Position numbers and translations under genes: made by a program. A stretch of DNA of 64,000 nucleotides from NCBI RefSeq assembly GCF_032116555.1, contig NZ_CP134949.1, forward strand, positions 2,728,001 to 2,792,000, given 5' to 3'. Shown in pieces: positions 29,238 to 39,834 of this stretch (position 1 is the stretch's first letter; each line of letters begins with the position of its first letter). The DNA is from Halorarum halobium (GTDB lineage: Archaea > Halobacteriota > Halobacteria > Halobacteriales > Haloferacaceae). Under the pieces are notes generated by a model, which worked only from the letters and a program-made list of their open reading frames with translations, had not been told where the DNA came from and did not search any database.

Positions 29238-32200
29238 ATGGCCACAACACCCACGACCGATCACCCACCGCCCTCCAGACAGTATCTCGAACTCACGCCG
29301 ACCGATGCCGCGTTGAACCCAACAACAGTCGTCTCACAGTTCGGCCGACTCTGTTCGCTCACACGCCCCACGACAGCAGAAGAGATCCCCTGGTATTCCC
29401 GCCTCTGGAACAGGATAGCCAGCGGCCCGGCACCGCTCACGTTCGAGTGGTTGCTCGTCACCGACGGCGACCCCGACACACCGGTCCGCTATTTCATCGG
29501 CGTCGACGACGACGCAGTGTTCGACCAGCTCGAACAGCTCTGTCGGGCGCTCGTCCCGAACGAGTACGAACTCCGGCGCGTCGACTTCCATCCTGCAGAG
29601 ATCGCCCCCGAGACCACGTCAGCCGAAGACACCCCCGACGCTGAACCCAGTGAGGAGAGAGAACAACTCGATTCGGGAGACACTCTCTCTGACACCGACA
29701 GAGAACCCGCAGAACCAGCCAGACCCGCGAACGACCACTACCACGCCATCGAGTTCTATGGACACGCAGCCCGGCGCGACGACTGGATGACACAGCTCAC
29801 GTCTTTCACGTCATTTAGAGACGACGCCGACACCCGCCTCCCGCTCGCAGCCGTCCTCGAAGCTCTCGCACGCCTGGAGACGCCCGCGGTCTATCAGGCG
29901 CTGCTCCAGCCGTTTCCAGACTGGACGAGCGCTGCGACCGGCCGGCTCGGAGACCTGGAGCAGGGCCTCGATACGCCGGCGATGCGAGCGCTCGACGGAA
30001 TCATCCCCACGGACGAGCCAGACACTCATCGCAGAAGCAGGGACCACCCAGAGCAGGGGCGAATGGACGCGATCGACGCGAAGGACTCGCGGCGATCGTT
30101 CGTCTGTACCGCCCGTATCGTCGCCCGACGGCGTGAGACGAATGCCGAGGGGACGCCACCAGTCGCGTTCGACGCCCTGGAGAACGCACTCGAGACGGTG
30201 AGCCACACCTGGTATCGCATCGATGCCCGTGTTCGGAACGGCTCGAAGGCACGAGGCGTCCGCACGGACCTCCTCGACCGAACCGTCCACCCGCCCAACT
30301 ACGACACGCTCACCGCGAAACTCCCGTGGACGCAGAACACGAGTCGGGGCATCGTCGTCGATCCGGACGAAGCGCCCGTGTTCTGTCTGGTCGATGGCGG
30401 CTCGCTCACCACGACTGGGGCGAGAGCCCTGGCCCCGACGCCCGGCGAGCGAACGGCGCTCTCGCGACCGCCCAACCGATTACTTGCACGCTATCGCGGC
30501 TCCGGACTCCCACTCGGGACGCCGCTCACTCAGGACGGCACACCCGATGGCGAGCCACTCGTACTTCCACCGGCCCTCCAGTCGCTTCACGTCGGGATAT
30601 TCGCAAAGACCGGGGGTGGGAAATCGGTCTCCACGGTCAACGGGGTCCTCCAGAACCACGCTGCGACCGACGGCGCGGACATCGTCATCGAACCCAAGGG
30701 CGACGGGATGGCCATCGACTACCTCCGCGCCCATTATGCAGAATACGGCACGCTTGACAATGTCCTCTACTTCGACTGTGCGAAGGTTCTCCCCGCGTTC
30801 GGCTTTTTCGACATTCGCGACGAACTCGATGCCGGCATCTCTCGAACCACTGCGGTCGAGGACGTCACCGATCACTACGTCGAGATTCTCACCCAGATCA
30901 TGGGCCGTGACCGCTTCGAGCAGGCCGTCCGCTCACCTGACGTCATCCGCTACATGGTGAAAGCGCTGTTCGACCCGATCAACGGGCAAGATGCGTTCTC
31001 CCATCGAGAGCTCCATGGCGCCGTTCGAAAGATGCACGAACGCCAATCCGTCCCACCGGTGAGCGATGGCGACCTCGAACGAATGCTCGGTGGCGTGGTC
31101 GCGAACCGCGCTCAGACGTTTGACGAGATCATGCAGGGCGTGGCAAATAGGATGGAGAAGATTCCCGTCGACCAGCGGCTCGCCCGCATCTTCAATCACG
31201 TTCCAGAGGGCAGTGAGAGGGATGACGATGCCGATGACACGGATGAACCAGCAGCCATCGACCCCCACTTCGATCTCGCAGACCACCTCAACGAGAATCA
31301 GGTGCTCATCTTCGATACGGGTGGGTTGCGATCACAGGCACAGCGCGTCCTCACCCTGGTCGTCCTCTCGAACCTGTGGACCGCACTGCGTCGACGGACA
31401 CAGCGTGGTGAGGATGACGCCCTGGTGAACGTCTACGTCGAGGAGGCAGCGAGCGTCGCCGTCTCGGACCTCCTGACGGAGCTGCTGGCCCAGTCACGGG
31501 GGTTCAACTGCTCGATGATGCTCGCCATGCAGTTTCCCGCACAGTTGCGTGAGACCGATGCTGGTGCCTACGATGAGGTGTTGAACAACATTTCGACGTT
31601 CGTGACGGGGAACGTTCCGATCGACCGCCAGCTCGCAGCCCGACTGGCGACAGCCGAGATGGATGCCCAGGCGGTGGGCAATCGGTTACGTGCGCTTCGT
31701 CGTGGCCAGTGGCTCGTCTCGCTCCCCGCCGCCTTCGGCGTTGACGAACCACGACCGTTCACGGTCGAATCGCTCCCCCCACCGCCAGGCCATCCCGCTG
31801 GGCCGCCAGCCGAGCAAGGTGTAGACGGATTCAGTGAGGCGCTGGAGTCGGTCCGCGAGCGGACCCGCAGCGACGTTGGACTCACGCTGGGCGAGCCGAG
31901 CGTCGCAGCCCACGACGAGTCAGCGATCACGGACGACGAGGATGCTCCACAACTGCGGGTCGATACGGCGCTCCCGCATACGAACCGGATGCCGCCGACG
32001 GTCGAGTATGCCCCCGAGATGAACTCGCTCGAATGTACGGGCTGTGGCAATCGCTACGACCCCTCGATCGAGGGGATGAAACGCGCCATCGCGTGTTGTT
32101 CGAGCCTGGATGCCGTCGACAGTGATGACGTCCCCATCTGTGCGGTGAATCTCAAGCTCACCCCCGATGAGCGGCACGTCTCAGACTGGTCAGAGCACCA

Positions 32201-32927
32201 GCTCATGTTCCTCCAGGCGGTCTACAACGCCCAGCAACTGCGGTATGATCCACTAGAATACGACCTTCTCACCGATTCGATGCTCCGCTTACAGGAGTAC
32301 ATCGCCATTGGCTCCGAGTCGATTCAGGATCTGCTCGATGCCGACCTCCTTCGCCACGACACGGACCACCCCCATCGCATGTACACGGTGACGCCAGATG
32401 GGCGCTCGGTCATCGGCGAGAGCTATCGTCAGGGCGTCGATTACGGCCACGGTGCGGGCGATCTCGAGGAGTCGAGCCAGCACGTCTTTGCCGTCGAGAT
32501 CGGCCGGCGCTATCTCGAACGAGCCTTCGTGGCTGATCCAGACTCGCCGGTCGTCGAGGTCGTCCCCTACTACGATCTGGATGAGAACCGTCGGCTCGAC
32601 ATCGCAGGGCTCGACGACGAGGGGGACGTCGTCGCCGCCGTCGAAGCAGAACGGGTGAATCACGACATCAAGCGTGCGGTCCCCGAGGATTTCGATAAGA
32701 TGGCCGACTGTGGGGTGGAAGACGCCATCTGGGTGGTGATGAAACAGTCGGACGGCCACGACGTCCTCCAGGCGTTGAACGATCCGCCCGAGGGCGAGCC
32801 CCGCGTCGAGAAGACGTATGCGAAGACGACCCCGCCCCAGCAGTTCACTATCGAGACGCCAGGGTTGACGGCGATGTATCCGGCTGGGTGGCTCCGTGAT
32901 CGGCTTGCGGATGGTGAGCTGCCATGA
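29238..32927 (+). CDS. HerA/FtsK-superfamily ATPase, VirB4/type IV coupling-protein-like
   Basis: IFAKTGGGKS Walker A, VIEPKGD, YVEEAASV Walker B, LAQSRGF...LAMQFPAQL; C-terminal CxxC and RRLDIAG..AVEAE nuclease-like segment. Confidence 0.8.
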   Translation: MATTPTTDHPPPSRQYLELTPTDAALNPTTVVSQFGRLCSLTRPTTAEEIPWYSRLWNRIASGPAPLTFEWLLVTDGDPDTPVRYFIGVDDDAVFDQLEQLCRALVPNEYELRRVDFHPAEIAPETTSAEDTPDAEPSEEREQLDSGDTLSDTDREPAEPARPANDHYHAIEFYGHAARRDDWMTQLTSFTSFRDDADTRLPLAAVLEALARLETPAVYQALLQPFPDWTSAATGRLGDLEQGLDTPAMRALDGIIPTDEPDTHRRSRDHPEQGRMDAIDAKDSRRSFVCTARIVARRRETNAEGTPPVAFDALENALETVSHTWYRIDARVRNGSKARGVRTDLLDRTVHPPNYDTLTAKLPWTQNTSRGIVVDPDEAPVFCLVDGGSLTTTGARALAPTPGERTALSRPPNRLLARYRGSGLPLGTPLTQDGTPDGEPLVLPPALQSLHVGIFAKTGGGKSVSTVNGVLQNHAATDGADIVIEPKGDGMAIDYLRAHYAEYGTLDNVLYFDCAKVLPAFGFFDIRDELDAGISRTTAVEDVTDHYVEILTQIMGRDRFEQAVRSPDVIRYMVKALFDPINGQDAFSHRELHGAVRKMHERQSVPPVSDGDLERMLGGVVANRAQTFDEIMQGVANRMEKIPVDQRLARIFNHVPEGSERDDDADDTDEPAAIDPHFDLADHLNENQVLIFDTGGLRSQAQRVLTLVVLSNLWTALRRRTQRGEDDALVNVYVEEAASVAVSDLLTELLAQSRGFNCSMMLAMQFPAQLRETDAGAYDEVLNNISTFVTGNVPIDRQLAARLATAEMDAQAVGNRLRALRRGQWLVSLPAAFGVDEPRPFTVESLPPPPGHPAGPPAEQGVDGFSEALESVRERTRSDVGLTLGEPSVAAHDESAITDDEDAPQLRVDTALPHTNRMPPTVEYAPEMNSLECTGCGNRYDPSIEGMKRAIACCSSLDAVDSDDVPICAVNLKLTPDERHVSDWSEHQLMFLQAVYNAQQLRYDPLEYDLLTDSMLRLQEYIAIGSESIQDLLDADLLRHDTDHPHRMYTVTPDGRSVIGESYRQGVDYGHGAGDLEESSQHVFAVEIGRRYLERAFVADPDSPVVEVVPYYDLDENRRLDIAGLDDEGDVVAAVEAERVNHDIKRAVPEDFDKMADCGVEDAIWVVMKQSDGHDVLQALNDPPEGEPRVEKTYAKTTPPQQFTIETPGLTAMYPAGWLRDRLADGELP

Positions 32928-33192
32928 GGAGAATGGTGTGATGGGCGATCGTTCGACTCCGCCGAAACGCTCAGGAGGTGATAGTTTCTGCACCGTCGAT
33001 CGCTCAATACAGGTAGTGAACTTGTCGACGCGAGGAATGTTATCTCGTTCTCTTCGCTGCAGGACGCTGTCATCACTCACCACCGTACTGTGGAAAGTAG
33101 CCGATCCAAGGTCAGCCCAACCCCAGGTAGAGGCATATAGGTCAATGTACCAATGACGACCTCGACCCCAGTACCGGTCCTACATGGAATGT

Positions 33193-33780
33193 TTAGCCGG
33201 GGAGAAAGATGCTAATGACCGCGACGACGATTCCCGCGAGCCCCATCCGAATCCCAGCAACGTACCACTGTTGGCGGGAGATCGACGCCATATAGGCACC
33301 GAAGGCGAACAACACGCCGACCGCGAGCGCTACCGAGATGAGCGTGGCGTGGAACAACGAGAGAACAACACCTTCGAATAGAAAGGGTGTGAGCGGCAAA
33401 ACCATCCCGAACAGCGGACCGAGCCCGCTCATCACCGCATTTACGACTTGAGTACTGGTCTTCTCACGCTCGATCTGGGTATCACTCAAGTCGGTGAGCA
33501 TCGCGTCCTCGATATCGTGTAGTTCGGCACGCATCTCGGCGCGTTCGATCTCCCAGACGCTCCACACGCCAGAGGTGGTGAGACCGACGGCGCCCCCAAG
33601 GCCAATCCTGATGACGGTGAAGCCGTCAGGCACTCCGGAAAGGTACGCGCCGACGGTAACTCCGACTCCGGTGAGCGCACCGTCAAACCCATTTGAAACG
33701 AAGTACCGCCTCGCAATCGGCCCAATTCTGTCGAGCCCCAATCGCTCCGTCAGCGACTCTGAGTTGGATTTCGCCCCCAT
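33193..33780 (-). CDS. VIT1/CCC1-family membrane protein
   Basis: RRYFVSNGFDGALT, EIERAE, about 5 TM; TGATG coupling to the DUF211 gene. Confidence 0.85.
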   Translation of the reverse strand: MGAKSNSESLTERLGLDRIGPIARRYFVSNGFDGALTGVGVTVGAYLSGVPDGFTVIRIGLGGAVGLTTSGVWSVWEIERAEMRAELHDIEDAMLTDLSDTQIEREKTSTQVVNAVMSGLGPLFGMVLPLTPFLFEGVVLSLFHATLISVALAVGVLFAFGAYMASISRQQWYVAGIRMGLAGIVVAVISIFLPG

Positions 33781-34067
33781 CAGTCCTGTGGGGTTGGGGC
33801 GTCCTCCACGATGTACTCCCCACACACTACCTGGTCAACCGAATGAATCGTCCCACCCGCATCCTCAATGATCGTCTTGACGTCGTCGTACTTGATCTCT
33901 TCTCCCTCAATGGTAAACTTAACATTCTGGACCTCTCTGTCAAGTTCGATGAGCGTCGCATTGACGCCGGCGATGCTTTCAGCCTCTGCAATCTGCTGGG
34001 TGAACGCAAGCGTCGGCGGTTCATAGGGTTTCAGCACGTCGACAACCAAGCGGCGTATTGGAGCCAT
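33780..34067 (-). CDS. DUF211 family protein
   Basis: IRRLVVDVLKP ... GGTIHSVDQVVCG. Confidence 0.88.
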   Translation of the reverse strand: MAPIRRLVVDVLKPYEPPTLAFTQQIAEAESIAGVNATLIELDREVQNVKFTIEGEEIKYDDVKTIIEDAGGTIHSVDQVVCGEYIVEDAPTPQD

Positions 34068-35288
34068 TGAGATTGATACTTCACCTCGTCCCAAAGTAGT
34101 ACTGGTACTGTAGAACGTGAACGCGTGGTCCTTCAGCCGGAAGCGGTCATTTGCTCATGAGTCTCGTGACTAACCTGGTACGTCTCTTCGAGATGTGATG
34201 CCTCAGTCGAAACGGTTGTGACGGTAAGAGGTTCAGCCACGGTACTAACCACTAACAAGAGCAGTAAGAACAAGACGAGCAGCGCCAGTAGTATCCAATC
34301 CCATCTCATCGGCACTCACGTACTGTGATAGCTGTGTACATGATTACTTGCCAACAATGTACTTAGGTCTACCTCTGCTGGTCAACCGCTGAGACTCGTC
34401 CCTTAGTACTCAGAGACACACTGTTCTGACTGCTGAATCTGTTTATCTGGGCGGCGGTCAATCCGTCCTCCACTACAGTCATATGTTAATATATCACCAT
34501 TCCTATATATCAACAGATTCTGGTCGCAGTCGATAACTAAGCAGTTCTACCTACCGGCTGGATCAGCTGGAAAGGTGTCTGACCAATACGCGTTCAACGA
34601 AGCCGATAGTTCAGGGTCATAGCTGGGCCGAAGAGCAGCGCGGGACTGAGACGGTCGCTCGCGGTCTCCACGATGGCCATCGGGGTTCATACTCAGCGTT
34701 AACCCCCGGAAGAGGCCCCCTCGACCGGTTCTGTGTCGCGACTAGGTGAGCGGACGGGTTCACGACGTGTGGGCGGTCACCTCCCCTGTGAGTCACGGCT
34801 AGTGACCATCACTCGCGTCTGGGGGTTTCGTGCGTCGACGATGAATCGGTTGTGGGGAGGCGCTCGATACGTAATCGCCAGACTGCAACCGAGTATGAAG
34901 CTGTGAGCACCGCAAGTACCGATCAGAACGTGTCGTCACTGACGGTGTATGCATGGCGTAGACGGCCGCTCGCGCCCGCTATCGGGGGTTGTGTCGGGTT
35001 TGCGTGCCGCTCGTGTTCGCGTCCTAGTTCTGATTGTGATGCGAGGGGGGAGTGTTCTTGCGGGGAATATCCCCGATTATGAGCCCTCCTGCAGGGCTGT
35101 CATTCTCCAGAGAACGTTCATAATCGGTTTTCGTGTGGTGGTTTCGTGTATGGAGTGTGGCCATCCTCTGGCCTCACAGTTGCTCCTGATTGAATGCACA
35201 TTCCACTCAGTATCTATCGACCCACTCTTCATTGGAGGACAGCTCCAGCCACCCCGAGAGTAATGACCCCGCACCCGTAGAGACGACC

Positions 35289-35516
35289 ATGGACGTCGAC
35301 ACCGACGAACTGCGCGCGTCGCTGACGCCCCGCGAGGAGAACGCCGCCATCAAATCGTTCCAGAACACCGTCTCGGTCGCCTGCCCGGCCTGCGAGCGGC
35401 CGTTCGACGACCTCATCGTCTGCAAGCAGAACCCGACGAGCCTCGACCTCTCCAAGCTGCTCGACCTCTGCGTGGGCGTCGACGACGGCCAGACGTACAT
35501 CTTCACGCACGGCTAG
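35289..35516 (+). CDS. Small CPxC zinc-binding hypothetical protein
   Basis: ATG 35289, ACPACERPFD; first gene with core high-GC codon usage. Confidence 0.75.
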   Translation: MDVDTDELRASLTPREENAAIKSFQNTVSVACPACERPFDDLIVCKQNPTSLDLSKLLDLCVGVDDGQTYIFTHG

Positions 35517-35693
35517 CCGCGGCGGTCAGCCAGCGGCGGAGCAGCCCGGAGCGTCGCGGACCGAAGCGTCCCGCGGACGACGGGCCGCAGACTCTTGTGA
35601 ACGGGCGGACAACGTTCTCCGGCACGATGGCGAGGACTCAAACGCAGCCGTCGGGGGCGTCACGACGCGACCGGCCGCGACTCCCCGAGGCGC

Positions 35694-37805
35694 ATGGCTG
35701 ATCGGGACCGGGACCTGTCGGGGCTGTTCTCCCCGGACCGCGTCGCCGTCGTCGGGGCCACCGAGCGCGAGGGGTCGGTCGGCCGCGCCGTCACGGCGAA
35801 CCTCCTCGCCGAGTTTGCCGGCGAGGTGATCCCCGTGAACCCGGGACGGGAGTCGGTGCTCGGCGTCCCCTGCGTCGCGAGCGTGGCGGATGCGGACGCG
35901 GACCTCGTGGTGGTGGCGGTGCCGCCCTCGGCGGTGGCCGACGTGCTGCGTGACACCGGTGAGGCCGGCGTCCGCGACGTCGTCGTCCTCACCGCCGGGT
36001 TCGGCGAGGCGGGGTCGGAGGGCGCGGCGCGCGAACGCGAGTTGCGGGAACTGGCCGCCGAGTACGACCTGAACCTCGTCGGCCCGAACAGCCTCGGCGT
36101 GATGAGCAGCCCGGCGGGGCTGAACGCGACGTTCGGCCCCGACGCGTCCCCGGCGGGGGGCGTCTCGTTCATGAGCCAGTCGGGGGCGTTCGTCACCGCC
36201 GTCGTCGACTGGGCGAGCGAGTCCGGCCTCGGCTTCAACGAAGTCGTCTCGCTCGGCAACAAGGCCGTCCTCGACGAGACCGACTTCCTCCGCGAGTGGG
36301 GGGCCGACCCGGAGACGGACGTCGTCGTCGGCTACCTGGAGAGTATCGAGGACGGGCGCGCGTTCGTCGAGACGGCCCGCGAGGTGACCCGTGAGACGCC
36401 GGTCGTCGTGGTGAAGTCCGGGCGGACCGAGGCCGGCGCGCAGGCCGCCTCGAGCCACACCGGCGCCATCGCCGGGAGCGACCGCGCGTACGGGACGGCG
36501 CTCGCGGAGGCGGGGGTCGTCCGCGCCGACACCGTCCAGGAGCTGTTCGACGCCGCCCGGGCGTTCGCGGCCGGACGGAACCTAGCGACCGACGGCGTCG
36601 CGGTCGTGACCAACGCCGGCGGCCCCGGGGTCATGGCGACCGACGCGGTGGGCGACGCCGACCGGCTCTCGCTGGCGTCGTTCGCGGACGACACCCTCGA
36701 CGCGCTCGACGCGGCGCTCCCCGCCGAGGCGAACGTGTACAACCCGGTCGACGTCGTCGGCGACGCGGACGTCGACCGCTTCGAGGCGGCGCTCGAGGCG
36801 GCGATTTCGGACCCGAACGTCGGCGCGGTGGTCCTCATCACCGCGCCGACGGCGACCCTGGCGTTCGGCGACCTCGCGGAGTCGGCCGTGGCGCTGGGCG
36901 AGGAACACGAGGTCCCGGTCGCCGCCTGTCTCATGGGCGGCCCACGGCTCGCTGACGCCCGCGGGACGTTCGGCGAGGCCGGCGTTCCCACCTACTTCGA
37001 CCCGGCCCGCGCGGTCGCGGGACTGGACACGCTCGCCGAGTACGACGAGCGACGCGGACGCGAGCGGCGCGAGTTCGAGCCGTTCGACGTCGACCGCGAG
37101 CGGGCCCGCGAGACGCTCTCGGCCGTGACCGAGCGGCGGGACAACCAGCTCGGCGTCGAGGCGATGGACGTGCTCGACGCGTACGGCATCCCGACGCCCG
37201 AGGGCGAGGTGGTCGAGGACCCGGCGAAGGCCCGCGCTGTCGCCGAGCGAATCGGTGAACCGGTCGCGCTGAAGCTCGTCAGCCCGGACGTCGTCCACAA
37301 GTCCGACATCGGCGGCGTCAGGGTCGGCGTCGACCCCGCCGACGTGGCCGACGCCTACGAGGACCTCGTCACCCGCCTCCGCAACTACCAGCCCGACGCC
37401 CGGCTGCTGGGCGTCCAGGTCCAGGAGCTGGTCGACGTCGACGCCGGCGTCGAGACCATCGTCGGGAGCCACCGCGACCCGCAGTTCGGCCCGCTCGTGC
37501 TGTTCGGGCTGGGCGGCATCTTCGTCGAGGTGCTCTCGGACGCCACGTTTCGGCTGGCACCCGTGGCCGAGGCGGACGCCCGCGAGATGACCGGCGAGAT
37601 CGACGCCGCGCCGCTGCTCCGGGGCGCCCGGGGCCGCGAGCCGGTCGACCTCGACGGGGTGGTCGAGGCCGTCGGGCGGCTCTCCCAGCTCGTCGCCGAC
37701 TTCCCCGCGATCGTCGAACTCGACGTCAACCCCCTCGTCGCGACCCCCGACGGCGTCCGGGCCGTCGACCTGCGACTCACCGTGAACCCGGAGGAGCTCC
37801 AATGA
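35694..37805 (+). CDS. acd: Acetate--CoA ligase (ADP-forming), fused alpha/beta
   Basis: VAVVGAT, GPNSLG, SQSGA, ASSHTGA, TNAGGPG, HKSDIGGV, ELDVNP. Confidence 0.93.
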   Translation: MADRDRDLSGLFSPDRVAVVGATEREGSVGRAVTANLLAEFAGEVIPVNPGRESVLGVPCVASVADADADLVVVAVPPSAVADVLRDTGEAGVRDVVVLTAGFGEAGSEGAARERELRELAAEYDLNLVGPNSLGVMSSPAGLNATFGPDASPAGGVSFMSQSGAFVTAVVDWASESGLGFNEVVSLGNKAVLDETDFLREWGADPETDVVVGYLESIEDGRAFVETAREVTRETPVVVVKSGRTEAGAQAASSHTGAIAGSDRAYGTALAEAGVVRADTVQELFDAARAFAAGRNLATDGVAVVTNAGGPGVMATDAVGDADRLSLASFADDTLDALDAALPAEANVYNPVDVVGDADVDRFEAALEAAISDPNVGAVVLITAPTATLAFGDLAESAVALGEEHEVPVAACLMGGPRLADARGTFGEAGVPTYFDPARAVAGLDTLAEYDERRGRERREFEPFDVDRERARETLSAVTERRDNQLGVEAMDVLDAYGIPTPEGEVVEDPAKARAVAERIGEPVALKLVSPDVVHKSDIGGVRVGVDPADVADAYEDLVTRLRNYQPDARLLGVQVQELVDVDAGVETIVGSHRDPQFGPLVLFGLGGIFVEVLSDATFRLAPVAEADAREMTGEIDAAPLLRGARGREPVDLDGVVEAVGRLSQLVADFPAIVELDVNPLVATPDGVRAVDLRLTVNPEELQ

Positions 37806-38926
37806 CACGCACGTTACTCGTCACCTCGACCCGCGAGAGCATCGGCAAGACCGCCATCGCCGTCGCGCTCGGCCGCATCGCGGCCGGCCGCGGCCTGTCG
37901 GTCGGCTACATGAAACCGAAGGGGACCCGCCTGCGGAGCGTCGTCGGCAAGACGCTCGACGAGGATCCGATGCTGGCGCGGGAACTGCTCGACACCGGCG
38001 CGGAGACCCACGAGATGGAACCCATCGTCTACTCGCCCACCTTCATCGAGGGAGCGGTCCGTGGGCGCGAGGACCCCGACGCGCTCCGGGACCGGATCCG
38101 CGAGTCGTTCGACGGCCTGGCGGCCGGCCGGGACCTCGTGCTCGTCGAGGGCGGCGGCGACGTCCACACCGGCGCGGTCGTCGACCTGACCGACCCGGCC
38201 GTGGCCGACCTGCTCGACGCCGAGGTCCTGCTCGTCGCGGAGTACGGGGAGCCCGGCGACGTCGACGAGGTGCTCGCCGCGGCCGCGGACGTGGGCGACC
38301 GGCTCGCCGGCGTGCTGTTCAACCGGGTCGACGACGCGGCCTACGACACCCTGGAGGCCGACGTCGTCCCGTTCCTGGGGTCGCGGGGCATCGAGACGGT
38401 CGGCATCCTCCCGCACCGGCGGGACCTCGCCGGCGTGACCGTCGATCGACTGGCGGCGGAACTCGGAGCGGACCTGCTCACGGGCGGGGACACGGATGCG
38501 CTCGTCGAGCGGTTCCTGGTCGGCGCGATGGGCGGGGACGCGGCGCTGCGGTACTTCCGGCGGAGCCGGGACGCGGCCGTCATCACCGGCGGCGACCGTG
38601 CCGACATCCACACCGCCGCCATCGAGGCGGGCAGCGTGAACTGCCTCGTGCTCACCGGCGGGCAGCGTCCCCCGGGGTCCGTGCTCGGGGCGGCCGAGGA
38701 GGCCGGGGTTCCCGTCCTGCTCGTCTCGGGGGACACCCTGACCACCGTCGAGCGCGCCGAGGACGTGATCCGGAACGGGCGGACGCGCGACGAGCGGACG
38801 GTCGAGGTGATGGAGGAACTGCTCGCGGGCCACGCCGACGTCGGGCGCATCATCGGAAACGTTGCGGGCGAAGGGGGTAAAGAGGGCGAAGAGGGGGCGA
38901 GCGGCGAGGACGACGGGAGTATTTGA
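37802..38926 (+). CDS. Phosphotransacetylase-family protein (BioD-like N-terminus + DRTGG)
   Basis: GKTAIA, GYMKP, VEGGG, ITGGDR, LTGG; overlaps the acd stop. Confidence 0.88.
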   Translation: MTRTLLVTSTRESIGKTAIAVALGRIAAGRGLSVGYMKPKGTRLRSVVGKTLDEDPMLARELLDTGAETHEMEPIVYSPTFIEGAVRGREDPDALRDRIRESFDGLAAGRDLVLVEGGGDVHTGAVVDLTDPAVADLLDAEVLLVAEYGEPGDVDEVLAAAADVGDRLAGVLFNRVDDAAYDTLEADVVPFLGSRGIETVGILPHRRDLAGVTVDRLAAELGADLLTGGDTDALVERFLVGAMGGDAALRYFRRSRDAAVITGGDRADIHTAAIEAGSVNCLVLTGGQRPPGSVLGAAEEAGVPVLLVSGDTLTTVERAEDVIRNGRTRDERTVEVMEELLAGHADVGRIIGNVAGEGGKEGEEGASGEDDGSI

Positions 38927-38996
38927 CGGACTGGCCGGATGGGAGGTCGACGGGGGCGACAGGCATATCACCTCCTACCCGCCTACGGAGGCCACG

Positions 38997-39605
38997 ATGA
39001 TGGCGACGACCCACGCGCTGGCCGGGATGCTGCTCGCGGTTCCCGTCTCCCTGGTGGCTCCCGAACTGGCACCCGCGGCGTTCGTCGCGGGCGGCGTCGG
39101 TGGGTTCGTCCCGGACCTCGACCTGTACGCCGGCCACCGGAAGACGCTCCACTACCCGGTGTACGGGTCGGTGGCCGCGGTGCCGGCCGTGGGCCTGGCC
39201 GCGCTCGTCCCGACCGAAGCGACGGTCGCGCTCGCGGCGTTTCTCGTCGGGGCCGCCCTCCACGCCCGCATGGACGTCTACGGCGGCGGCCTGGAACTCA
39301 GGCCGTGGGAGGGAACCTCCGAGCGGGCGGTGTACGACCACGCCCGCGGTCGCTGGCGGCGGCCGCGACGGGTCGTCCGCTACGACGGCGCGCCCGAGGA
39401 CCTGCTGGTGTCGCTCGCGTTTTCGGCGCCGCTCCTCGTCGTCCTCGACGCCGCGCCGAACGTCCAGCCGGTCGTGTCGTCGCTGCTCGCCGTCTCGCTG
39501 CTGTACGTCGCCCTTCGAAAGCCGCTCGGCAGGCTCGCCGCCTCGCTCGCCGCGCTCGTTCCGGCCCGGGTTCGCGGCTACGTCCCCGACCGGTACTTCA
39601 CCTGA
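38997..39605 (+). CDS. Membrane-bound metal-dependent hydrolase
   Basis: THAL, PDLD, HRKTLH, H..MD motifs. Confidence 0.8.
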   Translation: MMATTHALAGMLLAVPVSLVAPELAPAAFVAGGVGGFVPDLDLYAGHRKTLHYPVYGSVAAVPAVGLAALVPTEATVALAAFLVGAALHARMDVYGGGLELRPWEGTSERAVYDHARGRWRRPRRVVRYDGAPEDLLVSLAFSAPLLVVLDAAPNVQPVVSSLLAVSLLYVALRKPLGRLAASLAALVPARVRGYVPDRYFT

Positions 39606-39834
39606 CCGCGGTCGCTCGTGGGTCGTCACTCGTGCTGGTGAGCCACGAAGCGTCGCCGGCGACGTCGAGTCGGTGAGTTTCCCCGGATTCGGGTCTCGAA
39701 ACTCCACACGTGCCCTTGCTGACGGGCCTGATCGGGGACGTGCGTCCCGTCGCCGGGGAGTATCCGCTGAGAGAGGGGCTCTCTCACGGTCGGGTCACAC
39801 AAAGTATTCAGGACGCCGGGAGCCGGGAACGGGC

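Noticed and set aside
34133..34315. 60-aa hydrophobic ORF
   Set aside because: Signal-peptide-like but isolated, with no other support.
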